The position numbers and the translations under genes were made by a program. Under the pieces are notes generated by a model. It did not search any database. It saw only the letters and a list, made by a program, of their open reading frames with translations, and had not been told where the DNA came from. DNA of 64,000 nucleotides from Bacteroidaceae bacterium (lineage in GTDB: Bacteria; Bacteroidota; Bacteroidia; Bacteroidales; Bacteroidaceae). Location of the stretch: contig JAFWAX010000013.1 of NCBI GenBank assembly GCA_017507385.1, forward strand, positions 1 to 64,000, given 5' to 3'. This document shows positions 19,100-29,392 of the stretch, piece after piece. Numbering within the stretch: the stretch's first letter is position 1; the number at the start of each line of letters is the position of its first letter.

Positions 19100-19675
19100 A
19101 TGCAAACTTATTTAGAAATGTTTCAAGCGATGGACACGTGGATGCAGACCTTCTGGGTGTGCGCTATCGGAGGTTCAGTCATCTTCATTGTACAGATGGT
19201 GCTCACCATGATAGGCATGGACAGCACAGATATCGATGTTGACTACGACGGAGCCGACACCATGGACTTGGGCGGCAGCATCTCTCTGTTCAGCATCAAG
19301 AATTTCGTCAACTTCATCGTCGGATTCGGCTGGGCTGGCGTATGTCTTGCCGACGTGATTGAAAACAAGGTCATCCTCTCGCTGGTAGCCATGCTGGTAG
19401 GCATTGGCTTTGTGGCAATGTTCTTCTACATCAGAAAACAAACTCGCAAGCTGGAGCACAACGGCGCCTTCCAGATTGAGGATTGTGTGGGGAAAACGGT
19501 CAATGTATATCTCCGCATCCCAGCCCAGAAAGGCGGCATGGGGAAAGTGCAGGTGAGCCTCAACGGCTCTGTGCATGAAATCCATGCGATGACCGAAGGA
19601 GACGAGCTGCTCAGCGGACAAAAGGCTGTGATTTCCAGCATCATCGACAATTCAACAGTAATGGTTAAATCATAA
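19100..19675 (+). CDS. NfeD-family membrane protein (flotillin-associated, OB-fold C-terminus)
   Basis: 191 aa. N-terminal TM segments plus a C-terminal beta domain. Directly precedes a flotillin gene. Confidence 0.6.
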   Translation: MQTYLEMFQAMDTWMQTFWVCAIGGSVIFIVQMVLTMIGMDSTDIDVDYDGADTMDLGGSISLFSIKNFVNFIVGFGWAGVCLADVIENKVILSLVAMLVGIGFVAMFFYIRKQTRKLEHNGAFQIEDCVGKTVNVYLRIPAQKGGMGKVQVSLNGSVHEIHAMTEGDELLSGQKAVISSIIDNSTVMVKS

Positions 19676-19687
19676 AATAAAACAATT

Positions 19688-21070
19688 ATGTATCTCATCA
19701 TCGTAGCGGTGGTTGTTGCCATCGTTCTTTTAATCTCAATCATCAATCGTTACAGAAGATGTCCATCCGACAAGATTCTGGTGGTGTATGGCACTACGGG
19801 CAACAAGGGGTCTGCCAAATGCGTGCATGGCGGCGGTACATTCGTCTGGCCCATCATTCAAGACTATGCTTATCTGAGCCTGACACCCATCAGCATTGAC
19901 GCCAACCTGACCAACGCACTCTCCAAACAAAATATACGTGTTGACGTGCCTTGCCGATTCACCGTGGGAATCTCAACCGAACCCGAAAGCATGACAGCTG
20001 CGGCAGAACGATTGCTGGGACTTTCTGCAGGACAGATTCAGGAACTGGCACGAGACATCCTTTTCGGACAGTTGCGTCTCGTCATCGCCACCATGAGCAT
20101 CGAAGAGCTGAACAGCGACCGTGACCGCTTCCTCGATGCCATCTCCATCAACGTAGAAGTCGAGCTGAAGAAGATTGGCTTGCGTCTCATCAACGTGAAC
20201 GTGACCGACATCAACGACGAGAGCGGATACATCGAGGCGCTCGGACAAGAAGCTGCTGCAAAGGCTATCAACGAGGCGAAAGTCCGTGTGGCAGAACAGG
20301 AAAAGTTCGGAGAAATTGGTAAAGCTGAAGCTAACCGAGAAACCCGCATCCGTACAGCTGAAGCCAACGCACAGGCCGTACAGGGTGAAAACGAGGCCAA
20401 GGTACAGATTGCCAACTCTGACGCAGAACGTCGCGAACGCGAGGCTGAAGCGCAGCGCAAGGCGATTGCTGCCGAAAAAGTAGCTGCAGCAAAGGCGCTG
20501 GAAGAAGCTTATTCAGCAGAACAAAAAGCCGAAGAAGCACGTGCCGACCGCGAACGCGCCACACAGAGCGCCAACGTGCTCGTGAGCCAGGAAATTGAGA
20601 AAAAGCGCAAGATTATTGAAGCAGAAGCAGAAGCAGAGAAGATTCGCGTGAATGCCAAGGGTGAAGCCGATGCTGCCTATGCAAAAATGGAAGCTGAAGC
20701 ACGCGGTCTCTTTGAGATTCTTTCACGTCAGGCACAGGGTTACGACAAGATGGTACAAGCTGCTGGCGGCGATGCCAACAAGGCTTACATGCTCTTGCTG
20801 CTGGAAAAGCTGCCTGAACTTGTCAAGACACAAGTTGAAGCTGTTAAGGGCATCAACATTGACCATGTTACTGTTTGGGATTCAGGAAATTCCGCCGACG
20901 GCAAAGGCAGCACAGCTAATTTTCTCAGCGGACTGATGAAGAGCGTTCCTCCTCTCCACGAACTCTTTGACCAAGCAGGACTCGCACTGCCTGAATATCT
21001 GGCAAAGAAGAAGGAAGAAACCCTGCCAACAGACACCAAGTCAGAAACGTGTGAAGACACTCAAGAATAA
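19688..21070 (+). CDS. flotillin-family protein (SPFH domain, FloT/YuaG-like)
   Basis: 460 aa. N-terminal TM, SPFH-like region, then a long EA-rich coiled coil (AEAQRKAIAAEKVAAAKALEEA). Confidence 0.75.
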   Translation: MYLIIVAVVVAIVLLISIINRYRRCPSDKILVVYGTTGNKGSAKCVHGGGTFVWPIIQDYAYLSLTPISIDANLTNALSKQNIRVDVPCRFTVGISTEPESMTAAAERLLGLSAGQIQELARDILFGQLRLVIATMSIEELNSDRDRFLDAISINVEVELKKIGLRLINVNVTDINDESGYIEALGQEAAAKAINEAKVRVAEQEKFGEIGKAEANRETRIRTAEANAQAVQGENEAKVQIANSDAERREREAEAQRKAIAAEKVAAAKALEEAYSAEQKAEEARADRERATQSANVLVSQEIEKKRKIIEAEAEAEKIRVNAKGEADAAYAKMEAEARGLFEILSRQAQGYDKMVQAAGGDANKAYMLLLLEKLPELVKTQVEAVKGINIDHVTVWDSGNSADGKGSTANFLSGLMKSVPPLHELFDQAGLALPEYLAKKKEETLPTDTKSETCEDTQE

Positions 21071-21079
21071 GAATATACA

Positions 21080-21754
21080 ATGAAAAAAATCCTCTTTTCA
21101 GTGCTTGCGGCTTGCGTCGTAAGCACTTCCATATTGACAACTACGAGCTGCAACGAAGACGAAACGTATGCGGAGCAGAAGGACAAGGAGAAGAAAGCAA
21201 TTGGGCAGTTTCTCGAAGACAATGACTTCGTAGGGAAAATCACGCCTATCACAGAAGAGCAGTTCTATGCCCAAGACAGCATGACCGACCTTTCCAAAAA
21301 CGAGTTTGTACGTTTCAATGACGATGGCATCTACATGCAGATTGTACGCAAAGGCAACGGCCCTTCAATGGTGGAACTGGCCAAAGAAAGAAAAGACTCT
21401 ACCGTTACCCGTCCGCTGATTTGCAAGTTCCTCGAATACGACATTGAAGGGGCTGATACGACCTACAGCATCATCTACTTGTCAAGCATCAACGACAAAA
21501 TGCTGTGCACCTACAGCCACTACGGCCGCAGCTACACAGCCTCTTTCACGGAAGGTATCATGCAGTCAGCTTATGGGTCAACAGTTCCTAAAGGATGGCT
21601 CAAACCGCTGGATTACATCCGACTGACAAAAGTGGCAGGCGAAGAAGCAAAGGTGCGTCTCATCGTTCCCCACTCATCAGGCACCAGCAACGCATCTGGT
21701 TATGTGCTCCCATTCTATTATGAAATCACATACCAGATTCCACCCAACTATTAA
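21080..21754 (+). CDS. lipoprotein, function unknown
   Basis: MKKILFSVLAACVVSTSILTTTSC lipoprotein signal. 224 aa. Confidence 0.55.
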   Translation: MKKILFSVLAACVVSTSILTTTSCNEDETYAEQKDKEKKAIGQFLEDNDFVGKITPITEEQFYAQDSMTDLSKNEFVRFNDDGIYMQIVRKGNGPSMVELAKERKDSTVTRPLICKFLEYDIEGADTTYSIIYLSSINDKMLCTYSHYGRSYTASFTEGIMQSAYGSTVPKGWLKPLDYIRLTKVAGEEAKVRLIVPHSSGTSNASGYVLPFYYEITYQIPPNY

Positions 21755-21845
21755 AGCATGAATTTGCAAGTCAACCAAATGGGATGCTTGCATTTCCAAA
21801 CTTACAAAACTTTAAAACTCAAGAACGTAAGAAGCGAAGAATAAT

Positions 21846-23255
21846 ATGAGTTTAATCAAATCTATTTCAGGCATTAGAGGCACTATTGGCGGACGTGCAG
21901 GCGAGGGGCTCAATCCCCTTGATATCGTAAAATTCACCAGTGCTTACGCCACACTCATCCGCCGCACCACAAAAGTAGAGAGCAACAAGATTGTAGTAGG
22001 CCGCGATGCGCGAATCTCTGGCGAGATGGTAAAAAACGTAGTGTGCGGAACACTCATGGGCATGGGCTTTGACGTTGTCAACATCGGGCTTGCCTCCACA
22101 CCGACTACAGAAATCGCTGTCACCATGGAAGGAGCCTGTGGCGGCATCATCATCACAGCCAGCCACAACCCTCGTCACTGGAACGCCCTCAAGCTTCTCA
22201 ACGAGAAAGGCGAATTTCTCAATGCCGATGAAGGCAACGAAGTACTGAAAATCGCTGAAGCTGAAGACTTTGATTTTGCTGATGTTGACCACATGGGCAA
22301 ATATATCGAAGACAACTCTTACGACCAAAAGCACATCGACATGGTGCTCGGCCTTGACCTCGTTGATACAGAAGCTATCAAGAAACAAGATTTCAAGGTG
22401 GCATTCGACAGCATCAACTCCGTGGGCGGAATCATCCTCCCCAAACTCTTCAAGGCACTGGGCGTGGAACACGTCACCCCACTCTACGCAGAACCAACTG
22501 GCGACTTCCAGCACAATCCGGAACCACTGGAGAAGAACCTCTCCGACATCATGAGCCTGATGGCAAAGGGTGGCAAGGATGTAGGCTTCGTGGTTGACCC
22601 CGACGTGGATCGCCTCGCATTCATCTGCGAGGACGGCACCATGTACGGCGAGGAATACACCCTCGTCACTGTGGCAGACTACATTCTCAAGCACACTCCT
22701 GGCAATACAGTGAGCAACCTCTCCTCTACCCGCGCCCTGCGCGACGTAACCCGCAAGTACGGCATGGAGTACAACGCAGCTGCCGTAGGCGAGGTGAACG
22801 TGGTGACCAAGATGAAGGAAACCAACACCGTCATCGGCGGTGAAGGCAACGGCGGCGTTATCTATCCTGCCGCTCACTACGGCCGCGACGCCCTCGTTGG
22901 CATCGCCCTCTTCCTCAGCCATCTGGCACACGAGCGCGAGGCCAAGCCTGGGCTTACAGTCAGCCAGCTCCGCGCCACCTACCCTAGCTATGCCATCGCC
23001 AAGAACCGTATCGACCTCGATGCTTCTACAGATGTAGATGCCATCCTCGAGAAAGTGAAAGCGATGTACACAGGGCAGCCAGGCACCGAAGTCAACGACA
23101 TCGACGGCGTAAAGATTGACTTTCCTGACAAGTGGGTACACCTCCGCAAATCCAACACTGAGCCCATCATCCGCGTCTATTCCGAAGCAGAAACGATGGA
23201 GGCTGCAGATGAGATAGGCAAGAAAATCATGGACGTTGTGCTGCAGAACATTTAA
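21846..23255 (+). CDS. glmM: phosphoglucosamine mutase (phosphohexomutase family)
   Basis: MSLIKSISGIRGTIGG start. Active-site TASHNP. Metal site DPDVDR. Confidence 0.8.
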   Translation: MSLIKSISGIRGTIGGRAGEGLNPLDIVKFTSAYATLIRRTTKVESNKIVVGRDARISGEMVKNVVCGTLMGMGFDVVNIGLASTPTTEIAVTMEGACGGIIITASHNPRHWNALKLLNEKGEFLNADEGNEVLKIAEAEDFDFADVDHMGKYIEDNSYDQKHIDMVLGLDLVDTEAIKKQDFKVAFDSINSVGGIILPKLFKALGVEHVTPLYAEPTGDFQHNPEPLEKNLSDIMSLMAKGGKDVGFVVDPDVDRLAFICEDGTMYGEEYTLVTVADYILKHTPGNTVSNLSSTRALRDVTRKYGMEYNAAAVGEVNVVTKMKETNTVIGGEGNGGVIYPAAHYGRDALVGIALFLSHLAHEREAKPGLTVSQLRATYPSYAIAKNRIDLDASTDVDAILEKVKAMYTGQPGTEVNDIDGVKIDFPDKWVHLRKSNTEPIIRVYSEAETMEAADEIGKKIMDVVLQNI

Positions 23256-23471
23256 CCTGTTTTTTCTGCGGCACGAGGGAACCATCCCACACATCTATTA
23301 TACATATACAAGAAAGCAGGCAACTCACTTGAGCTGCCTGCTTTTTTTGTTTGTCCATCCCCGAAGCGAAAACTCTTGCCCTCAAACAAGCGAGAATCTT
23401 ATAAGAAAGTGGCTGCCTTTGCGACATATTTCTTATCTTTGTGTCTATATGTTAGCAGATGACCCTACAAA

Positions 23472-24029
23472 ATGGAGACAGACGACAAGACACTGGTAGA
23501 ACGCATATTGAAAGGAGAGACGGACGAGTTCCGGCATCTAATGCGGCGGCATGGAGGCACATTGCTCGCCTTCATCGAGGGCATTACTCATAGCCGGGAA
23601 GAAGCCGAAGACATACTCCAAGAGGCTTTTGTCTGTGCTTATCGCTCGCTCCATCAGTACAACATCAAAACGGCATCGTTCGCCACCTGGCTTCACCACA
23701 TTGCCTATCATCAAGCATTGCGACAGCGAAAAAAGCGACGGCTTCCCGCGGTCTCCTGGGATGAAGACGAACGTCTCCTCGCAACTGCGACAGAATGGGA
23801 CACAAACGAAGAGGCAATCGAGGCAACAGAAGAGAGGATGAAGCTGCTGGACAACGCCATCAGCCACTTGCCCGACTATGACCGCACGTTGCTGCAACTC
23901 TATTACGAGAAAGATTTGCCATTGAAAGACATCGCCTATATCCTCGACAGCGAAGCAGGAATCTTGGCAAGCCGACTGCGGCGAATCAGAGACAGATTAA
24001 GAAAGACATTAACCCATCACAAAAAATAG
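23472..24029 (+). CDS. RNA polymerase ECF-type sigma-70 factor
   Basis: 185 aa. Region-2-like AEDILQEAFVCAYRSL. Region-4 helix-turn-helix LPLKDIAYILDSEAGILASRLRR. Confidence 0.75.
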   Translation: METDDKTLVERILKGETDEFRHLMRRHGGTLLAFIEGITHSREEAEDILQEAFVCAYRSLHQYNIKTASFATWLHHIAYHQALRQRKKRRLPAVSWDEDERLLATATEWDTNEEAIEATEERMKLLDNAISHLPDYDRTLLQLYYEKDLPLKDIAYILDSEAGILASRLRRIRDRLRKTLTHHKK

Positions 24030-24036
24030 ACAAACA

Positions 24037-24660
24037 ATGAAGAACGGAAAAGACATCAACCTCCTTATTCGCGAAGCGCTGCTACGCCGTAAAGAAGGAC
24101 GTCCCGAGGTCATGTTGCCCGAAGGATTTGAGGACAAAGTGATGGAACAGATAAAAGCAATGCCTCAGCTTCCGTCAGGAAAAAAAGAGCCTACAGCGCT
24201 CAAGCGAGCAACCATGCTACTATTGCGTGCCAGCTGTGCAGCCGCAATGATTGCAGGAGTTTTCTATCTCACCCAACAGCTGACACATGAAGAGAAAGAA
24301 AAACACCCTCAAATCGCTATAAAAACTCAGCAACAAAAGCCCAGCACCCCGACCGCCAAAGAGGAAGAAGCTGAGCCGCAGCCGACAGACAAAGCGCCGA
24401 GCAACATGCTTGAGAAAAGAGTGGCAATAAGAAAAAAGCCTCAGCCTCAACTTCAGGCAACGGAGACCACTGAAATCTCAACTTCACTGCAAGAGGCATC
24501 GCGACGCATGGAAAGTCTCAGGAAGCAGCACGAGTCTCAAGACGCCAATACGCTCAACCTGAAAGAGGAGCATCCAAGCATTGCAGACAACACCTCGCTG
24601 CTTGCCATGCAGAAGATGATACAGAACATGAACAATTTCAAAAAGCAATATGAACCCTAA
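24037..24660 (+). CDS. putative anti-sigma factor (single-TM protein, Pro/Gln-rich periplasmic tail)
   Basis: Position immediately after the ECF sigma factor (8 bp gap). Central hydrophobic helix LLLRASCAAAMIAGVFYL. Confidence 0.5.
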   Translation: MKNGKDINLLIREALLRRKEGRPEVMLPEGFEDKVMEQIKAMPQLPSGKKEPTALKRATMLLLRASCAAAMIAGVFYLTQQLTHEEKEKHPQIAIKTQQQKPSTPTAKEEEAEPQPTDKAPSNMLEKRVAIRKKPQPQLQATETTEISTSLQEASRRMESLRKQHESQDANTLNLKEEHPSIADNTSLLAMQKMIQNMNNFKKQYEP

Positions 24661-24674
24661 CACAAAAACGCTTT

Positions 24675-25598
24675 ATGAGGACATTACTGAAACAATCACT
24701 GCTGCTGACACTGCTTGCCTTGCCACTTCTGATAGCGAACGCCCAGTCACGCAACGAATGGTATGGCAAGCAAGCCATGCAAGGAGAACATCTGACCCTC
24801 AACCCCGAAATGATTGAGATTTTCAACACACTCGACAAAACCTTTCCCAAACGATACCTCATCAACGAGGAGTCAAATCATGTCGGGATGTGGGTGGTTT
24901 ACAAGTTCAAAGGAAGGAAAGAATACGAGGAATACCGTCCGCTCATTAAGAAGCTGATAGACCGCATCAACCGCATGCCCGCCTACCGTGCCTACACAGA
25001 AAGGCTTGACTCCGCAGGCATGGAAGGCTATAGCATTGCGCTGACGCCAAAGACCGACACCTACGAGCAAACGGATTATGTCAACCTTGCCATACGCCCC
25101 AAAGAGATGCGTTTCCACTACAGAGCCCGAATCGACAACACGCCCATGCCCTGGGAGCAAAGGCAAGATGTAGCTGATGCGGTTGACCAGATGCTCAACG
25201 AGTACATCAACCGCACCGGCGTAACGAAAAAGGATATCCGTTTTGACGGAAGAAGAACCAACTACAACTATCTCACCTTTACCAAGCCCAGCAACTGCAC
25301 TCCCCGTTGCTCTGGCACTTGCTACATCGTGCCCAACTGCACCACAGCCGACTACGACCGCATCTATCGCTTCATCCGCGGCTACGCCTTGAGCAACAGC
25401 GTCACTGTGGCAAGCAATGACTTCCTAGGAACATACGAAGAAATTGCCATCGGAGTGAATCAGAAGAACAGACGTCCCCTCATGGTAGGTGCAGCACTCA
25501 AAGGCACCGACCTCTATCTTATCCGCACCGAAGGAGACGTTGGTTCGCATGCATGGCTTCCCCGTGCCTGGGCCGAGGATAATCCCGTGCATCCTTAA
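24675..25598 (+). CDS. secreted hypothetical protein (ECF-sigma operon member)
   Basis: Signal peptide MRTLLKQSLLLTLLALPLLIANAQ. 307 aa. Cys-rich motif NCTPRCSGTCYIVPNC. Confidence 0.55.
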   Translation: MRTLLKQSLLLTLLALPLLIANAQSRNEWYGKQAMQGEHLTLNPEMIEIFNTLDKTFPKRYLINEESNHVGMWVVYKFKGRKEYEEYRPLIKKLIDRINRMPAYRAYTERLDSAGMEGYSIALTPKTDTYEQTDYVNLAIRPKEMRFHYRARIDNTPMPWEQRQDVADAVDQMLNEYINRTGVTKKDIRFDGRRTNYNYLTFTKPSNCTPRCSGTCYIVPNCTTADYDRIYRFIRGYALSNSVTVASNDFLGTYEEIAIGVNQKNRRPLMVGAALKGTDLYLIRTEGDVGSHAWLPRAWAEDNPVHP

Positions 25599-25644
25599 AT
25601 CAGTAATTAAAGATTAGATCAAACAAAAACGTGTACACAGAAAC

Positions 25645-25685
25645 GCCCTTGCGCAGTGATGCGCGAGAGCGTTTTTTCTTTGTTC
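25645..25685. terminator. terminator hairpin after the ECF operon
   Basis: gaaacgcccttgcgcagtgatgcgcgagagcgtttttt contains GCGCA-gtga-TGCGC and a T-tract. Confidence 0.4.
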
Positions 25686-25816
25686 ATCTCTCAGAGAAAC
25701 CACATTCCTATTTCATTTCTATTTCATCAGAGAGTGACGCCTTTCAATGAGCCCCACATTTTTTAGAAAGAGGGGAATTGAAGTCGCTGTATTTTCTTCC
25801 TCACCTGCATAAGACG

Positions 25817-25911
25817 ATGCCTTAACATACCGTACCCCTCGGGTCCGCCATGGTGGACCCGAGGGGTACGGTGCATCGGACCCGAGGGGTACGATTTGGA
25901 AAACTATAAGC
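25817..25911. repeat. intergenic repeat family C, copy 1 (95 bp, contains a perfect 15 bp palindrome)
   Basis: Identical to 48600..48694. GTACCCCTCGGGTCC-gccatggt-GGACCCGAGGGGTAC. Confidence 0.85.
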
Positions 25912-25984
25912 ATTTTGAGGTTTCAGCAAGAAAAGAAGGATTGCATCTTGCAAGACGTAGGCGGATGCTGTAATATCATACAGT

Positions 25985-26983
25985 TCACTCACTCCACCCC
26001 AAGGCCGATGCACCCAACACTGCTGCATTGGCATCCATCAGCCCACTGACAAGGAACTTCGCCTTGCCACGGAAAATGGGCATGACGTGCTGATTATACG
26101 CCTCCTCAATGGGTTTCATGATGAGGTCGCCAGCCTTGCAGAGTCCGCCAAAGAAGATGAAGGCTTCGGGAGAAGAGAACGCCGTAAAATCGGCGCAAGC
26201 CTCACCCAGCATCTTGCCCGTGAAACGGAATATCTCATTTGCCACTTCATCCCCTTTGCCTGCGGCGATGGAAACGTCGAGAGACTCTATTTCTTCTGCG
26301 GGTTTGCCACGCAAAAGCGAAGGACGGTCTGTTTGGGCTAAAACTTCACGCGCCGTACGTGCCACGCCCGTAGCGGAACAATAAGTCTCGAGGCATCCTG
26401 TACGGCCGCATCCGCAGGCACGCCCTTCTTTACCACGCACCATAGTGACATGTCCCAGTTCGCCAGCAAAGCCGTCATGACCATAGACGAGCTGTCCGTT
26501 GATGACGATACCCGAGCCGACACCTGTACCTAACGTGATGACAATGAAATTCTTCATACCGCGAGCTGCTCCGTATGCCATCTCGCCCATAGCAGCAGCA
26601 TTGGCATCATTGGTTATACGAACAGGGAAAGGTTCTTTTTGCCGGGAATCAAGAGAAGACAATTGCTCTGAAAACATTTTTGCCAATGGCACCGTCCGCT
26701 CGTGCGCCCATGTAATGTTAGGAGCCGTCTCAATAGCTCCTGTATAAAAGTTGGCGTTGGGAGCGCCAATGCCCATGCCAGCAATGGCATCTAGACCGCC
26801 CACCTTGCTAATGAGGGGAACAAGGCGCGCAACGCCTGCCTCCACAAAGGCTTCAGCAGTCTCGTATGCTTGCGTCTTCATGCTATCCTGAGCAACTATG
26901 GTTCCTTGCGCATCTACAATGCCAAACACCGTATTGGTACCTCCAAGGTCTATGCCTATCGTGTATTTTTGCTGTTTCTCCAT
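25985..26983 (-). CDS. ROK-family sugar kinase (glucokinase-like)
   Basis: IGIDLGGTNT. ROK zinc motif CGCGRTGCLE. Confidence 0.8.
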   Translation of the reverse strand: MEKQQKYTIGIDLGGTNTVFGIVDAQGTIVAQDSMKTQAYETAEAFVEAGVARLVPLISKVGGLDAIAGMGIGAPNANFYTGAIETAPNITWAHERTVPLAKMFSEQLSSLDSRQKEPFPVRITNDANAAAMGEMAYGAARGMKNFIVITLGTGVGSGIVINGQLVYGHDGFAGELGHVTMVRGKEGRACGCGRTGCLETYCSATGVARTAREVLAQTDRPSLLRGKPAEEIESLDVSIAAGKGDEVANEIFRFTGKMLGEACADFTAFSSPEAFIFFGGLCKAGDLIMKPIEEAYNQHVMPIFRGKAKFLVSGLMDANAAVLGASALGWSE

Positions 26984-27133
26984 ATTGGCTTGGATTTTAT
27001 TTTGTCATTCCGTATTTTTAGAAACATTAGTAAAAGTGGGGCAAAAGTACGAAAAGTTTACGAAGAATCATGTTTTTACGGATAAAAAAACTTATTTTTG
27101 CACATCAGACATTAATAATCAGAGCCTGCCATT

Positions 27134-27991
27134 ATGAAGAAATTCCTCTTTTTTATGTTTAGCTTTCTCATTAGCACGTTCAAGCTGTCGGCACAGCAAG
27201 AAGCATTCAACATGGACCTATGGCCCAACGGGTTGCCCAACAGCAACGGTATAGACCAATCACAGCCCTACGATGACTCGAAACAGAACTTCAAGCCATC
27301 CATCCGCGTGTTCCTGCCCGATGCCGACAAGGCGACAGGTCAAGCTGTGGTATGCTGTCCGGGCGGCGGATACAGCCACTTGGCAATGGACCATGAAGGC
27401 TATGACTGGGCATCATTCTTCAACGAACGAGGCATTGCACTCATTGTGCTGAAATACAGAATGCCGCATGCCAATCCAGATGTGCCCATCAGCGATGCGA
27501 AAGAGGCATTGAGAGTCGTGAGGGAGAATGCACAGAAATGGAACATCGACCCTCGGAAAGTGGGCATCATGGGCTCATCGGCAGGAGGACATCTAGCATC
27601 GACTGTTTCCACCCATAGCGACACGCAGACAGCCCCAGCTTTCCAGATTCTTTTCTACCCGGTTGTAACCTTCGACTACAAGTACACCCATCAGGGCAGC
27701 CGTCACAATCTGATAGGCAAGAACGCTGCCCAAGAATTGGTTACCCTCTACAGCAACGAGAAGCAGGTGAGCAACCTAACACCGCCGGCCATCATGCTGC
27801 TGAGCGATGATGATACGGCTGTTCCATCACCCAACAGCATAAACTACTATCTGGCATTGAAGCAGCATGGCATTAAGGCAACGATGCACATTTACCCGTC
27901 GGGAGGACACGGATGGGGCATCCGAAAGAATTTCAAATACCACAAGGAGATGCTGGCAGACTTGAGCGCATGGCTGGACACGCTGAAATAA
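27134..27991 (+). CDS. secreted alpha/beta-hydrolase (esterase/lipase type)
   Basis: Signal peptide. Oxyanion-hole HGGG-like CPGGGY. Nucleophile elbow GSSAGG. Confidence 0.65.
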   Translation: MKKFLFFMFSFLISTFKLSAQQEAFNMDLWPNGLPNSNGIDQSQPYDDSKQNFKPSIRVFLPDADKATGQAVVCCPGGGYSHLAMDHEGYDWASFFNERGIALIVLKYRMPHANPDVPISDAKEALRVVRENAQKWNIDPRKVGIMGSSAGGHLASTVSTHSDTQTAPAFQILFYPVVTFDYKYTHQGSRHNLIGKNAAQELVTLYSNEKQVSNLTPPAIMLLSDDDTAVPSPNSINYYLALKQHGIKATMHIYPSGGHGWGIRKNFKYHKEMLADLSAWLDTLK

Positions 27992-28040
27992 GGAGAATTT
28001 GCCTGTTGAAGCCTTTTAGATTCAACTTATTTTCGTAACT

Positions 28041-28826
28041 TTGCAGTCAAATCTCAAATTGTCATCAATCATGGTATTACAAGCGATACCTCAAATGCCT
28101 GTACTGAACTTCCAAGACTGGATGCAAGATGTTGGCATATTGGAAGAAATTATCAAGGGCTTCATCATTGGCGTACTGGCTTCGGCACCAATGGGACCTG
28201 TAGGTATTCTGACCGTACAGCGCACGCTGAACAAAGGGCGCTGGGAAGGCTTTGCTACTGGCATCGGCGCAAGCATCAGCGACATGATTTACGCCATCAT
28301 CACCGGCTATTTCATGTATCTTGTGGTGGACATCATCGAAGACCCCATCATTGCGCTATGGATTAAAATTATAGGCAGCGTGCTGCTGTTTGCCTTCGGA
28401 GTGTACACTTTCAAGAGCATCCCACGACACAAGGTTGTTGACGAGGAAGCCCCTGTGGAAACGAAAAACAAATTGAATGGATACATTATATCCGGATTTG
28501 TCATCACGGTATCAAACCCTCTGATTATCTTGCTGTTTGTAGCCCTCTTCGGACAGTTCACATTCATCCTTGTTGACAACGAGTTTGTACAAGCCATGGG
28601 ATATTTGGCCATTGTGGCTGGCGCCCTTTTCTGGTGGTTTATCCTGACATGGCTGATTGACAAAGTCCGGGCAAGATTCAACCATAAGGTCATTTGGTGG
28701 CTCAACAGAATCATCGGCATCACCGTCATGGTGGTAAGTGCGCTCATGATTGTGTATGCACTCACAGGACACACATTCAATTTCATTCCTTTTGTGGAAA
28801 ATCCTAACATAGATCTTTTTGATTGA
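28041..28826 (+). CDS. LysE-type translocator-like membrane protein
   Basis: Six TM segments. Overall LysE/RhtB-like topology. Family assignment is tentative. Confidence 0.45.
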   Translation: MQSNLKLSSIMVLQAIPQMPVLNFQDWMQDVGILEEIIKGFIIGVLASAPMGPVGILTVQRTLNKGRWEGFATGIGASISDMIYAIITGYFMYLVVDIIEDPIIALWIKIIGSVLLFAFGVYTFKSIPRHKVVDEEAPVETKNKLNGYIISGFVITVSNPLIILLFVALFGQFTFILVDNEFVQAMGYLAIVAGALFWWFILTWLIDKVRARFNHKVIWWLNRIIGITVMVVSALMIVYALTGHTFNFIPFVENPNIDLFD

Positions 28827-29373
28827 CATGTACATAGCTGAACAACTCAAGAAAAAGAATATATCGGAATACTTGCTGTACATGTGGCAAGTTGAAGATA
28901 CGCTGCGCGCCTATGGACTGGATGCAGAAAAGATGGCTTCGGAATACATCCCACAGTTCAAGCTGGACAGCGAGAAAATCGAAGAGCTCAAGGGATGGTA
29001 TGAAAGTTTGATACAGATGATGCACGAAGAAAATGCAGAAAAGGAAGGACACCTGCAGATTAACAAAAACATCTTGATTCTGCTGACCGACCTGCATCTG
29101 CAGCTGCTCAAGTCGAGCAAGCACCCTTTCTACTCGGCAGCTTATTACAAGGCATTGCCATTCATTGTCGAACTGAGAGCAAAAAGTGCAGAAAGCCAAG
29201 AGAAAGGAGAGCTTGAGAACTGCTTTGATGCGCTATACGGCATGATGCTGCTCCGAATGCAGAAGAAAGAAATTTCGGCAGAAACCGCTACAGCAATGAG
29301 CAACATAGCCAAGCTCATCGGCTTGCTGAGCGACTATTACCAGAAGGACAAAGCTGGAGAAGTGGAATTTTAA
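28819..29373 (+). CDS. hypothetical protein (Bacteroidetes-conserved, alpha-helical)
   Basis: 184 aa ORF with no motif identified. Confidence 0.5.
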   Translation: MIDMYIAEQLKKKNISEYLLYMWQVEDTLRAYGLDAEKMASEYIPQFKLDSEKIEELKGWYESLIQMMHEENAEKEGHLQINKNILILLTDLHLQLLKSSKHPFYSAAYYKALPFIVELRAKSAESQEKGELENCFDALYGMMLLRMQKKEISAETATAMSNIAKLIGLLSDYYQKDKAGEVEF

Positions 29374-29392
29374 CCATAAGGAATAGTTATAT

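Noticed and set aside
21867-23294. 475 aa ORF antisense to glmM
   Set aside because: Exactly shadows the phosphohexomutase gene. Low-complexity, featureless translation. The GlmM frame carries all conserved motifs.
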